64,000 nucleotides of DNA from the NCBI GenBank assembly GCA_965205865.1, contig CBDBHR010000029.1, positions 128,001 through 192,000 on the forward strand. The letters run 5' to 3'. Position 1 is the stretch's first letter. Each line of letters begins with the position of its first letter. Made by a program: the position numbers and the translations under genes. The notes under the pieces are model-generated. The model was not told the DNA's origin and searched no databases. It saw only the letters and a list, made by a program, of their open reading frames with translations. The DNA comes from a bacterium (GTDB lineage Bacteria; SAR324; NAC60-12). Positions 31,182 through 40,439 of this stretch are shown here, piece after piece.

Positions 31182-32369
31182 CTTTTAAATTTACTCTCAT
31201 AACCACCTCATTGTCAAGATGTTTTTTATACTTGAAACGGGTTAATTTCAGACTTTCATGTCATCCTGACGATTTGCCCAAACAGCTGTACCGAAAGCGG
31301 CAATGCGAAGGATCTCATTATTGCCCTTCCGTTTTTAGAATAATATTTATAATCGCTCTGCAAATGTTGTCAAGCATTTAAGGCTATCTGTTCTCAGCTA
31401 ACCGTTTTCACTGACAAAAAAACGGTATATCAATATGATTCAAAAACTGATAGCTGACAGCAGAGGGCTAAAAGCCATTTCGCGACAGCGACTAATTAGA
31501 AGGATAATATTTTATATCTAGCAATAAATCAACTCTTTTTCTTAAGACATATCCGATTAGTCATTTAAAGCAAATTTTTCTCATATCTAGAAATAGTATA
31601 ATCGATCTGCAAATGTATCAAGATTTTTTTAAATAGGGCGACTCATTCATTCATGAGTGTCTTCTAAAGATCAACGAAATTACTTTTTCATATTAAGATA
31701 CAGAAGTCAACATTTTTGGCACTTTTCAATTCCCCGTTGACAATTTCTAAAAATCCTCTGGGGAGGATATGAGGTTTTACATGACTTTCGGCTAAATAAA
31801 TAGGAGCGAAATTGAAATAAAACCTTCAGCAAAAGGCAATTTCTCAAGAACTATCACAAAAGAAAAAGAAAGACCAGTAGCCATTCTTCAACCCTCTTTG
31901 ATGCCTCAGAAGGGGTCAAGGCCTATTTTGATCGTTGGTCTCTTGTGAAAAACATGATGACCTGATGAAGGCCGCGACTTGTTTGCCTTCCCCCTCACAA
32001 GCCTGAACTTTGCGATTGGCACCGCAGAAAAACTCGACAGAATAGACAAATTTTCTAAAAATCAACCATTCTATACAAAAAGGCATCCCCTCACCAAATT
32101 GAGCTCAGCGCCGGGTGTAATCAAAGGAGGTAATCCCTTCTTTCCAACTCACTTGACGCGTTTTTCTGCGATCCCCCGTAAAAGTAGAGTCTGCCGTCTC
32201 TACCAGAGGCACCATATACTTTGAGCATATGTCCAGCTATTTCTCTCTGCCCCTCACTTTTAATTACACCCGTTGGAATAAGAAATCTTGCATTATGAGA
32301 GTAACCCGATTATCTTTCATGATTGCGCAAAAAACCTGTCGATCAATGCCTTTTACCGCATCAGAAAAA

Positions 32370-33302
32370 ATGGAATCAACCGTCATTCAAGTGAAACAAG
32401 TGAATAAGAGTTTTGGTTCGCTGAAGGCCATCAAAGACTTCAACTTTGAAGTTCAAAAATACTCTTGTTTTGGATTTTTAGGACCCAATGGAGCGGGAAA
32501 GACTACACTCATTAAAATACTATATGGTAAATCATTCCCCGATAAAAATCATGCTGGCAGTGTCAGAGTTTTTGGACTGGACCCTCAAAAAGAAAGCTTG
32601 AAAGTCAGGTCCCTCTCCAGTGTGGTGCCCCAGGAAGATAACTTGGACGGTGAACTGAATGTTGCTGAGAATCTCGTGGTTTATGCAAAATTCTATGGAA
32701 TTCCGCACAGACAAGCAAAAATCAGGATCGAAGAACTCTTGGATTTCATGGAGCTGTCGGAAAAGCAAGAATCCCGAGTGATGGAGCTTTCGGGAGGAAT
32801 GAAACGCCGCCTCTCTATTGCCCGAGCGCTCTTGCACCAACCCAAGCTGTTGATACTGGATGAGCCGACTACGGGGTTGGACCCTCAAGTACGGCATTTG
32901 ATATGGGCCAAATTGAGGCAATTGAAAGCCCAGGGAACCACCATTCTCTTGTCAACGCACTATATGGAAGAAGCATTTCAAATCTGTGATCGCGTCATCA
33001 TTATGGATAAAGGACAAAAAATGATGGAAGGGGCGCCTCAAAAATTGCTCGAAGAACACGTGGAACAATATGTCATAGAAACATTAAAATTTGATCAAAG
33101 CCAATACGCGTCGCTGGCATTCGATCAAGAGCGGATTCGAAAAGACGACTCCCACCAGTTACCCGTTTATTATTCCAATGATTTGAATGCTCTGAAAGCA
33201 CTGGAGAATCATTTGATTCCGGGAAATTATCACCTGCGACAATCCAATTTGGAAGATTTATTTCTCAAAACGACAGGAAGGAATATCAATGCGCAACAAT
33301 AA
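32370..33302 (+). CDS. ABC-2 exporter ATPase (NodI-like)
   Basis: GPNGAGKTT, LSGGMKRR, LILDEPTTGLDPQ and THYMEEA. Confidence 0.9.
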   Translation: MESTVIQVKQVNKSFGSLKAIKDFNFEVQKYSCFGFLGPNGAGKTTLIKILYGKSFPDKNHAGSVRVFGLDPQKESLKVRSLSSVVPQEDNLDGELNVAENLVVYAKFYGIPHRQAKIRIEELLDFMELSEKQESRVMELSGGMKRRLSIARALLHQPKLLILDEPTTGLDPQVRHLIWAKLRQLKAQGTTILLSTHYMEEAFQICDRVIIMDKGQKMMEGAPQKLLEEHVEQYVIETLKFDQSQYASLAFDQERIRKDDSHQLPVYYSNDLNALKALENHLIPGNYHLRQSNLEDLFLKTTGRNINAQQ

Positions 33303-34065
33303 TCCTCCTTCGCTGTTTTCGAGGATATTCAGTGTCTGGTATCGTCATGCCTTGGTATACAGTCGATATCTTTTCAGTAATGCATTTCCGGTTTTGATAG
33401 ATCCTTTGATTTTCCTGGGCGGTCTCGGATTAGGGCTTGGATCTTATATCGTGATGAAAAATGGTGATTCCTATATCGAATTCCTGGTTCCTGGTATGAT
33501 CCTCGCTCCAGCAATGTTTTCCGCCGCATTTGAATGTACTTACGGTACTTTTTCCCGTATGGAATTTCAAAAACTCTATGATGGCATGCTGGGAACTCCT
33601 TTAACTGTCAACAACATTTTGGTGGGGGAACTCCTCTGGATCGGCACAAAGGGAATGTTTATTTCATTCATAATTGTGATCGTTCTTGTTTTACTGGGAA
33701 TCGTGCCCTTTTCTTCTTATTTTTTTACGCCCTTGGTTGGCTTTTTTACAGGGATTTTGTTCGGTTCCGTCACCCTGTTATATACTTCCTATGTCAAAAC
33801 CCTCAATCATCTCAATTTTGTGATGACTGGTATTATCTCTATTTTTATGCTTTCAGGGGTGTTCTTCCCGCTCGATGACGTGCCACAATTCATTCGTCTT
33901 TTGGCAGAAATATCGCCCTTGACTCACCCGGTTCGATGGGTGCGCGCCCTCATATCGGGGGAATTCGAGTTTTATTTAATTTGGGGCCTCTTGTATTGTC
34001 TCCTCGTCATTGGAGTGACAAGTGCTCTTGCCACCAAACGCTTTAGCAGACGATGGATTGTTTAG
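33289..34065 (+). CDS. ABC-2 exporter permease (NodJ-like)
   Basis: YIEFLVPG, FECTYGTFSRM and SGVFFPL; overlaps the ATPase stop. Confidence 0.88.
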   Translation: MRNNNPPSLFSRIFSVWYRHALVYSRYLFSNAFPVLIDPLIFLGGLGLGLGSYIVMKNGDSYIEFLVPGMILAPAMFSAAFECTYGTFSRMEFQKLYDGMLGTPLTVNNILVGELLWIGTKGMFISFIIVIVLVLLGIVPFSSYFFTPLVGFFTGILFGSVTLLYTSYVKTLNHLNFVMTGIISIFMLSGVFFPLDDVPQFIRLLAEISPLTHPVRWVRALISGEFEFYLIWGLLYCLLVIGVTSALATKRFSRRWIV

Positions 34066-34221
34066 ATGATCTTGTTGTCACTCGTGTTAAAGGGAGAAAG
34101 CATTTGTGATTTATTGACCATTGCTGCGAATCCGATGCCTTTTTTATCGGAAATTCTTGGCTCACTTCACCCATTCTAAGGAACAAAATTTTAATAACCT
34201 GTAATTATTACAATGGTGTGA

Positions 34222-34302
34222 GCAAAATTGGGGGACATGTACACCGCTGCGCATCCCAACTCTACTGTTATATGCCTGCTGTTACGTGTCCCCTAATTTT
34301 GC
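34222..34302. repeat. 81-bp miniature inverted-repeat element with GGGGACA core
   Basis: GCAAAATTGGGGGACATGTA paired with TACGTGTCCCCTAATTTTGC (18/20 match). Confidence 0.65.
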
Positions 34303-34353
34303 GTATCCATACTTCTAACTTATTTAAATTTCATTCCTAAGCTTGCAAATGAA

Positions 34354-35382
34354 ATGATTGATGTTGCAATTATCGGAGCAGCGGGTTTATCCGGTTTGGA
34401 ATTGATTCCGTTATTGGACAATCACCCTCGAGCCAACCTGAAATTACTCACTTCAGGGAGATATGCCGGGCAACCTTTGTCTGAAAACTTTCCTCGGTTT
34501 GCGGGCTCTGATCATGTTTTTTCCGAACATGACGCAGATGCTACGGCATGTGATGTCGCCTTTTTGGCCATTCCCGACAAAGCCAGTCTCGAGACAGTTC
34601 CGCGACTGTTGAGTCAGGGAGTACGAGTAGTGGACTTGTCCGGTGTTTATCGGCTGCGGGACGTGTCGGTCTTTGAACAATTTTATAATCTCAAGCACAC
34701 CTCACCAACATTGCTCAGCGAAGCGGTCTTTGGGCTGCCTGAATATTTCAAGGACCAAATCGCCAAGGCTCGCCTGGTAGCCAATCCGGGGTGCTATCCC
34801 ACGGGAGCGCTGCTGGGTCTCCTTCCTTTTGGCAACCTTTTGGATGCCTTGGACTGCCCACCGGTGATTGATGCGAAGTCAGGAGTGAGCGGAGCAGGAG
34901 GAAGAGTGGAAGACGAGATGACCAATTTCGTCAGTGTCAATGAAAATTTCAAAGCCTATAAAGTATTTCAGCATCAACATCTCCCTGAAATCCAGCAATA
35001 TTTGGAGGATTGCGCACCTTATGGCGCCTGTCGACAAGGCGCAGTGTTGTTCACGGCACATTTGCTGCCTCTCAACCGAGGCATTTTGTGCACCATTTAT
35101 CTGCACTTCAACAATGCGCTTTCCGTAGAGCAAGTGCGGCACCATTTTGAAGCCACAGCGCGAGAGCATCCTTTTTTTCATGTATTGCCACGAGGTCGAT
35201 TTCCTGAATTGAACATGGTCCGTCATTCAAACCGTTGTCTGGTGGGACTGGATTGTGATGGATCTAACAAAAGCTGGATCGTTATCACCGCCATTGACAA
35301 TCTGGTCAAAGGAGCGGCCGGGCAAGCGATTCAAAACATGAACCTGATGTTCGGTTTCGAGGAAACAAGCGGTCTGGTATAG
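34354..35382 (+). CDS. argC: N-acetyl-gamma-glutamyl-phosphate reductase
   Basis: VANPGCYPT, DAKSGVSGAG and IDNLVKGAAGQAIQNMN. Confidence 0.96.
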   Translation: MIDVAIIGAAGLSGLELIPLLDNHPRANLKLLTSGRYAGQPLSENFPRFAGSDHVFSEHDADATACDVAFLAIPDKASLETVPRLLSQGVRVVDLSGVYRLRDVSVFEQFYNLKHTSPTLLSEAVFGLPEYFKDQIAKARLVANPGCYPTGALLGLLPFGNLLDALDCPPVIDAKSGVSGAGGRVEDEMTNFVSVNENFKAYKVFQHQHLPEIQQYLEDCAPYGACRQGAVLFTAHLLPLNRGILCTIYLHFNNALSVEQVRHHFEATAREHPFFHVLPRGRFPELNMVRHSNRCLVGLDCDGSNKSWIVITAIDNLVKGAAGQAIQNMNLMFGFEETSGLV

Positions 35383-35438
35383 GATAGGAAGTCCAAGGGT
35401 GACATCTTGATTGTCCCTCGCATCTCAGATGAGTAGAT

Positions 35439-36329
35439 CTATGTTGTTCCTTCCGTGGTCCTTGAAACCTCCGATAGCATTTCACGGTGGTCCGGTCCTG
35501 TGAGGGTCTCGAAATAACACATCTCCTTCAATCTTGAATAGATGCGTTCCCCAACCCGTTTACGCAGGGTGTCGGCAACGTATCTTTCTTCTTCTCCTCT
35601 ATTTTTGGAAAGGAGACGTTCTTTGATGGTCGTTTCTTCTTTTTCGGTATGATTGGAAGTCACCATGATTCGATTGTTGCTGTTGTAACGTTCCGTGATG
35701 AGGGTATCCAGGATGTTTAATTCCCATTCGGTATTGCGACCCTTGCCCAGATCGTCAATAATCAGGAAATCTGCTTCCAGTAAGGGGGCAATGGTTTCCA
35801 TTTCTGATTTTCCGGTAGCATATCCTTCTTTCAATTCGGAAAGCAGCTTGTCGAAGGGACGGAACATGCAGGAAATGCCGTGATTGATCGTACACTGGTA
35901 GACAAAACCGGCCATCAGATAAGTTTTTCCCGTTCCGGGAGCCCCCATCAGGACCAATCCATTGTGGCGCACTGCGGATTGTTCAGGATTCGCTTTTATT
36001 CTGATGATTGAGGTCAGCATATTGTAGATTTTGCCGTTGTGTTTATCTTTTTCAGTGCGGTCGAGCCGGCCCAAACCATAATTTTTAGGGATGCGGGCCC
36101 GGTTATATAAGTGGATGTGCCGCAGGCGTCCCTCACATTCGGGACAGGAAACCGCTATTTCACGCCCCAGACCGTCTTGTTCCAGACAGAAGCGCGTATC
36201 GCCACAGGCGGGACAAGGGGAAGGAAAACACCGGCAAAATTCAGCTTGAGCATAATCTCCTGAAATGGGATCAATCACGATTCGATTGTCATGACAATGA
36301 CTGCAGGATTGGTTTTGTTTTTTTCGCAT
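35439..36329 (-). CDS. DnaC/IstB-like AAA+ ATPase with Cys-rich N-terminus
   Basis: GAPGTGKT, LIIDDLG, ERYN...TSN, RIYSRL and GPDHR. Confidence 0.85.
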   Translation of the reverse strand: MRKKQNQSCSHCHDNRIVIDPISGDYAQAEFCRCFPSPCPACGDTRFCLEQDGLGREIAVSCPECEGRLRHIHLYNRARIPKNYGLGRLDRTEKDKHNGKIYNMLTSIIRIKANPEQSAVRHNGLVLMGAPGTGKTYLMAGFVYQCTINHGISCMFRPFDKLLSELKEGYATGKSEMETIAPLLEADFLIIDDLGKGRNTEWELNILDTLITERYNSNNRIMVTSNHTEKEETTIKERLLSKNRGEEERYVADTLRKRVGERIYSRLKEMCYFETLTGPDHREMLSEVSRTTEGTT

Positions 36330-36343
36330 TTTCGGTTTTCGCA

Positions 36344-37456
36344 ATGAATAAATTGGATAGGCTTTCTCCGATGAAAACACGCTTTCCGCTTCCCAAATTG
36401 AAAAACGACTTGTTGTTGCGTGTGATCAACCACCTTCCGGTGGAACGGGTACCGGTCTGGATGATGCGTCAGGCCGGACGAACCGACCCCCTATACCGGA
36501 AAATTCGGGAAACAGACAGCCGCCCTTTGGAAATTCTCTTTCGGGATGTGTCGCGTGCTGTTGAAATTTCACTGTTGCCTCAACGGCTTGGAGTAGATGC
36601 AATTATCATGTTTCAAGATATCTTGACACCCTTGATCCCCATGGGTGCCAGATTTTATTTTCAACCAGGACCTATCTTGGATAAACCAATACGAAACAAA
36701 TCGCAAATTTTAGCCTTGAGACACCTGGATCCTCCTCGCGACGTGCCTTTTGTTGGTACGCTCATCCGGGGAATAACTCGGCATTTGCAGCAGGCGCTAC
36801 CCATTCTGGGTTTTTCCGGATCTCCCACCACCCTGGCCTTTTTTATGTGTGCGGGAAAGAGTCCGGGAAAAAACTATAGCACGATCTTTCGATTCATAGA
36901 AGAACAGCCAGCTGTTTTTCAACAATTGTTAGAGGTGCTCACAACGATGACCATCGACTATCTCAATTATCAAATTGAATGCGGAGTCCACGCGGTGCAA
37001 TTGTTTGAATCCTTTGGCGACGTAATTCCACGAAAAATTTATGAAGAATTTGTTCAACCCACCCACGAACGTATTTTTTCAGAACTGCATTCACGAGTTC
37101 CGTCCATTCTCTTTGTCAAGGAAAGTGAATATCTGGATTTGATGCTAAAAAGCGGGGCTAAGGTGTTGAGTGTCGGAAGAGTCATCAATCTGAAGAATGC
37201 CCTGCAGACAGCACCCGGCGACGTTGTTTTTCAAGGGAATGTGGACAACCGCGTGCTCTTGGAAGGAGACCACGATGCAATCACAAAGGCCGTGCAAACA
37301 TGCTATGAGCAAACGGGGAAACAGCGATTGATTCTCAACTTAAACCATGGCTTGCTGGCTGACACGCCATTTGAAAATGTGCGACATTTCGTCCGGGTTG
37401 CTCATTCGTATGGCAAGATCAACGATCCTGTACTTGATCCAACAGCAAAACTTTGA
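36344..37456 (+). CDS. hemE: Uroporphyrinogen decarboxylase
   Basis: PVWMMRQAGR, DAIIMFQDIL, QGNVD and LNLNHG. Confidence 0.93.
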   Translation: MNKLDRLSPMKTRFPLPKLKNDLLLRVINHLPVERVPVWMMRQAGRTDPLYRKIRETDSRPLEILFRDVSRAVEISLLPQRLGVDAIIMFQDILTPLIPMGARFYFQPGPILDKPIRNKSQILALRHLDPPRDVPFVGTLIRGITRHLQQALPILGFSGSPTTLAFFMCAGKSPGKNYSTIFRFIEEQPAVFQQLLEVLTTMTIDYLNYQIECGVHAVQLFESFGDVIPRKIYEEFVQPTHERIFSELHSRVPSILFVKESEYLDLMLKSGAKVLSVGRVINLKNALQTAPGDVVFQGNVDNRVLLEGDHDAITKAVQTCYEQTGKQRLILNLNHGLLADTPFENVRHFVRVAHSYGKINDPVLDPTAKL

Positions 37457-37513
37457 TTTGTAGAACCGTCCTATTGGCGACAATTGCGGCATTCAACTTT
37501 GATTGCATTTCAG

Positions 37514-38362
37514 TCAGGAAGACGTGATCGACGCAATTTCGTCAAGGATTCCCTGGATTTTTTTGTTCGCATGCTGACGCTGCTGTGGTGTCAGCAACTT
37601 GTCAATGGCTAAGATCATCGCTTTGACATGCTTGTGAGCATCCAGAACGACTTGACGGTATTCCGGAGGATAGCCGGCTTCCAGATCAAGATACCATTTG
37701 AGCAGTTGAGCTTCGATGGTTGCCGCATCACTGTCAGAGCGCAACAAGGCGGCGAATTCCCTTTGCCGTTGCAGACGGAATTTTATACGAGATTCCTGTA
37801 TATCCGGCAATGACCGGCTCAAATGAGTGATTTGCCTTTTTTGATCTGCTGTCAGTCTGCCAAACCACTCCTCAACGAAATCAATGATTTTTTTTGCCTG
37901 ATTTTGCAAGCGTTTTTCAGGGGATTGTTCCAGGCGGTGCTGGTCTGTTTTGTTCAGTTTTGCCAGGTAAGATTCCAGATAAAGAATTTGATCTTCCTTT
38001 AACTGTGCCAGGAAAAAAGCGGAATCCACCGCTATCTGTTGGACGATATTTTTGCGCAACCGATAGATATTCTCATAAACCCAATCAATTTCGGAGGCTG
38101 TCAATCCATCCTGTCCTTTTTGCTGTAATTGCCGCAAAAATGTGGCGTAGACAGGAAGTTCGTGCCGTCTGTGCCAGAGCAATTGTTCTTCAATCTTTTC
38201 ATCTAAAAAAGCTCTTTGCTGAAAATCGAGATCAAAATAGTCATCAATCGACCAGATCAGCATCCAGTCCGCATACTGGTACATCAATTTCAGAGAACAC
38301 GCGCATAACAGCAGTATCGCCAGGAATAAAGGAACCATTCGCATCCGATACGTTACATTCGC
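37514..38362 (-). CDS. DUF6279-like lipoprotein
   Basis: Lipobox LLCAC; DDYFDL, WHRRHELPVY and LTPQQRQH. Confidence 0.75.
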   Translation of the reverse strand, partial: ANVTYRMRMVPLFLAILLLCACSLKLMYQYADWMLIWSIDDYFDLDFQQRAFLDEKIEEQLLWHRRHELPVYATFLRQLQQKGQDGLTASEIDWVYENIYRLRKNIVQQIAVDSAFFLAQLKEDQILYLESYLAKLNKTDQHRLEQSPEKRLQNQAKKIIDFVEEWFGRLTADQKRQITHLSRSLPDIQESRIKFRLQRQREFAALLRSDSDAATIEAQLLKWYLDLEAGYPPEYRQVVLDAHKHVKAMILAIDKLLTPQQRQHANKKIQGILDEIASITSS

Positions 38363-38449
38363 CATCCTTGCCTTACCCTTTTTTAACATAAAATCTCAAA
38401 AAGCAGACATGCCTTTCCTGTTGATCAAGAGAAAAAATCGGCATTTGTC

Positions 38450-38914
38450 TCAACTGTCTTTAATTAATTTCGGCCAGTTACGGTCGCCATTCAAAATGTT
38501 TCCCGGAACGTCTTGCAACCATTTTTTTTGAATCCCCTTACTATAATTCAGATACAACTTCCTCTCGTGTATGTGCCAGGCTTCGGGATCAATACTGGCA
38601 GTGTATCCCTGACTGACCGCCCATGCGCAATATCCTCCATACTGGGGAGCGTAGCTTTCGGGGGATTGCATGAACGCATCCAGGTTTTCTTGCGAGGCAA
38701 AATACCATTTGGCTCCCTTCCATTCATACTGAAAATCAGAATCACCCTCGACAGGTTGGCCTTCTTTGAAATAAGCAACCGGATCGTATCCCCGGATGGC
38801 TTGCCCGAAAAAATTAGTAAAGATTGGGTCCAGTGCAAAAACCGGAGTCGTTTGAAAGAAAAACAATAAAGAGAAACTAATAAAGATAAAACTGGATCGC
38901 ATGAGCTTTTTCAT
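38450..38914 (-). CDS. Exported YHS-domain protein (Cys form)
   Basis: AIRGYDPVAYF, YAPQYGGYCAWAV and KLYLN. Confidence 0.9.
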   Translation of the reverse strand: MKKLMRSSFIFISFSLLFFFQTTPVFALDPIFTNFFGQAIRGYDPVAYFKEGQPVEGDSDFQYEWKGAKWYFASQENLDAFMQSPESYAPQYGGYCAWAVSQGYTASIDPEAWHIHERKLYLNYSKGIQKKWLQDVPGNILNGDRNWPKLIKDS

Positions 38915-38965
38915 GAGGCCCTCCTCTCGATTGACAAGAACGATTGATAACGATGCTGTATGTGA

Positions 38966-39523
38966 CTAAACGTCATTGATGACTTGATACGTGGTTTGAA
39001 CAAAGCCATTGGGAAAATTCTTGGTTCCCAGATGGCGCAATGGCAACTCTTTCATTAAGAAACCGAAGAGTGGAATCCCATCTCCCAATAAAACCGGAAG
39101 TTGGGTGATAGTGAGTTTGTGGATCAGCCTGGCCTGCAAAAATCGCTGAATGGTAATACCTCCATCGATATAGAGGTGTTTGGCTCCCTCGGCGGCAAGC
39201 TTGGAGACAAGGACTTCCGGGTTAAGGTTTTCCAGTCTGATTTTGTCTTGCAATGCTTTTGGAATCTCGAGGGTCTGGCTGGAAAGGACGATAACAGGCG
39301 TATCTTCATAAGGCCATGTCTCGAATGTAAGAATTTTTTCGAAACTGTTGCGCCCCATGACCAAAGCGTCTACCGATTCAATGAACGACTTATAACCGAA
39401 ATCATCTTCCTCTGCAGCATATTCCGCTTTGCGCAGCCAATCGACTCCGCCGTCCGTCCTGGCGATAAACCCATCGACGCTCGTGGCGACGTAAACCGAA
39501 CATTTGACGTTCATCACTTCCAT
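38966..39523 (-). CDS. Dihydrofolate reductase/RibD C-terminal family protein
   Basis: ATSVDGFIA, MGRNSF, YIDGG and PVLLGDGIPLF. Confidence 0.9.
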   Translation of the reverse strand: MEVMNVKCSVYVATSVDGFIARTDGGVDWLRKAEYAAEEDDFGYKSFIESVDALVMGRNSFEKILTFETWPYEDTPVIVLSSQTLEIPKALQDKIRLENLNPEVLVSKLAAEGAKHLYIDGGITIQRFLQARLIHKLTITQLPVLLGDGIPLFGFLMKELPLRHLGTKNFPNGFVQTTYQVINDV

Positions 39524-39680
39524 GACCTTCCATTTTCGGCAAGGGCGCTTCCTTGCTTCGCTTCAAAATGAATTGATCCCCTTCATCCGTATGGATCACT
39601 TTCCATACTGTATGTTTTCCCTGCAAGATACCAGCCATAAAATTATTGACCGGGAACACAATCACAATCCGCATAGACAT

Positions 39681-40439
39681 TCAAATACCGTCCTCACGCA
39701 GCTTCACAAGATCATCATCCGGACCGTAACGGTGGATTTCCAGACGAAGCGAGAAAGATGCCACCTGCTCGGCCGGGATGTGGGCCAGGCGGAATGGAAA
39801 GATGCTCGGACCGTCGAGCAAGTCCGTTATGGCGGCCGAACCGTTCGCACGGGCGTGGAGAGACGCCTCCACCAGCCAGGCAATGAGACGGGGTTGCTCG
39901 AGCGGGTATTGATCCCCTTGGGCATAGACGCCTCTTTTACGCGTATCGTTCAAAACGCCCCAATCTATGAATGATCGCAGAACGCGTTGGGTGGCCCGAG
40001 ATGCGGTTTCCCGCTCTCCGTATTGTTCCTTGACCCGTCGCTGAACCTGCGACGCCTTGGCTGTTCCCTGAAGCCGCAAGAGCCTGCCGGCGTACAGGGC
40101 GACCGCACCCCAAAAGGGGTAGGCCGCCTGCGTCATGCCCCAGTGAACGGCAATTCGGTCTCTACGAGGAAGTCCCCGCAATATTTCCAAACCATCGTCC
40201 CGCAGTTTCTCCAATTCGTGAGGGACGGTGAGCCAGGTCTTCAACAGGATGGTAATTACTTTTTCCCTGTTGCACCTGCCGGACTCACTACCGACTGAAA
40301 TTTTATCTCGCAACAGATCCCGGAGTGATTCGCTGATGATGAGCCTGTTGTTTCCGGCAAGTATCAGATTGACTGTCTGTTCGAACCACTCGAGTCGGAC
40401 TCGCTGGCTGAAGCCGATCCGAGTATCCCGTCTGTTCAC
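39681..40439 (-). CDS. brxA: BREX type 3 BrxA-like protein
   Basis: GTG start overlapping the pglZ stop, with an AGGAGG RBS; IGFSQRVRLEW, HWGM...AYPFW and YGERET; last gene after pglZ. Confidence 0.7.
   Translation of the reverse strand: MNRRDTRIGFSQRVRLEWFEQTVNLILAGNNRLIISESLRDLLRDKISVGSESGRCNREKVITILLKTWLTVPHELEKLRDDGLEILRGLPRRDRIAVHWGMTQAAYPFWGAVALYAGRLLRLQGTAKASQVQRRVKEQYGERETASRATQRVLRSFIDWGVLNDTRKRGVYAQGDQYPLEQPRLIAWLVEASLHARANGSAAITDLLDGPSIFPFRLAHIPAEQVASFSLRLEIHRYGPDDDLVKLREDGI

Noticed and set aside
31136-31381. ORF MGYGIWDMGYGIWD...
   Set aside because: Translation artefact of the ATATGGG repeat
31955-32040. CTGATGA...GAAA hammerhead-like motif
   Set aside because: The required flanking stems could not be formed
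38450-38914. YHS protein as a second selenoprotein
   Set aside because: The GGYC position is a Cys codon and there is no in-frame UGA
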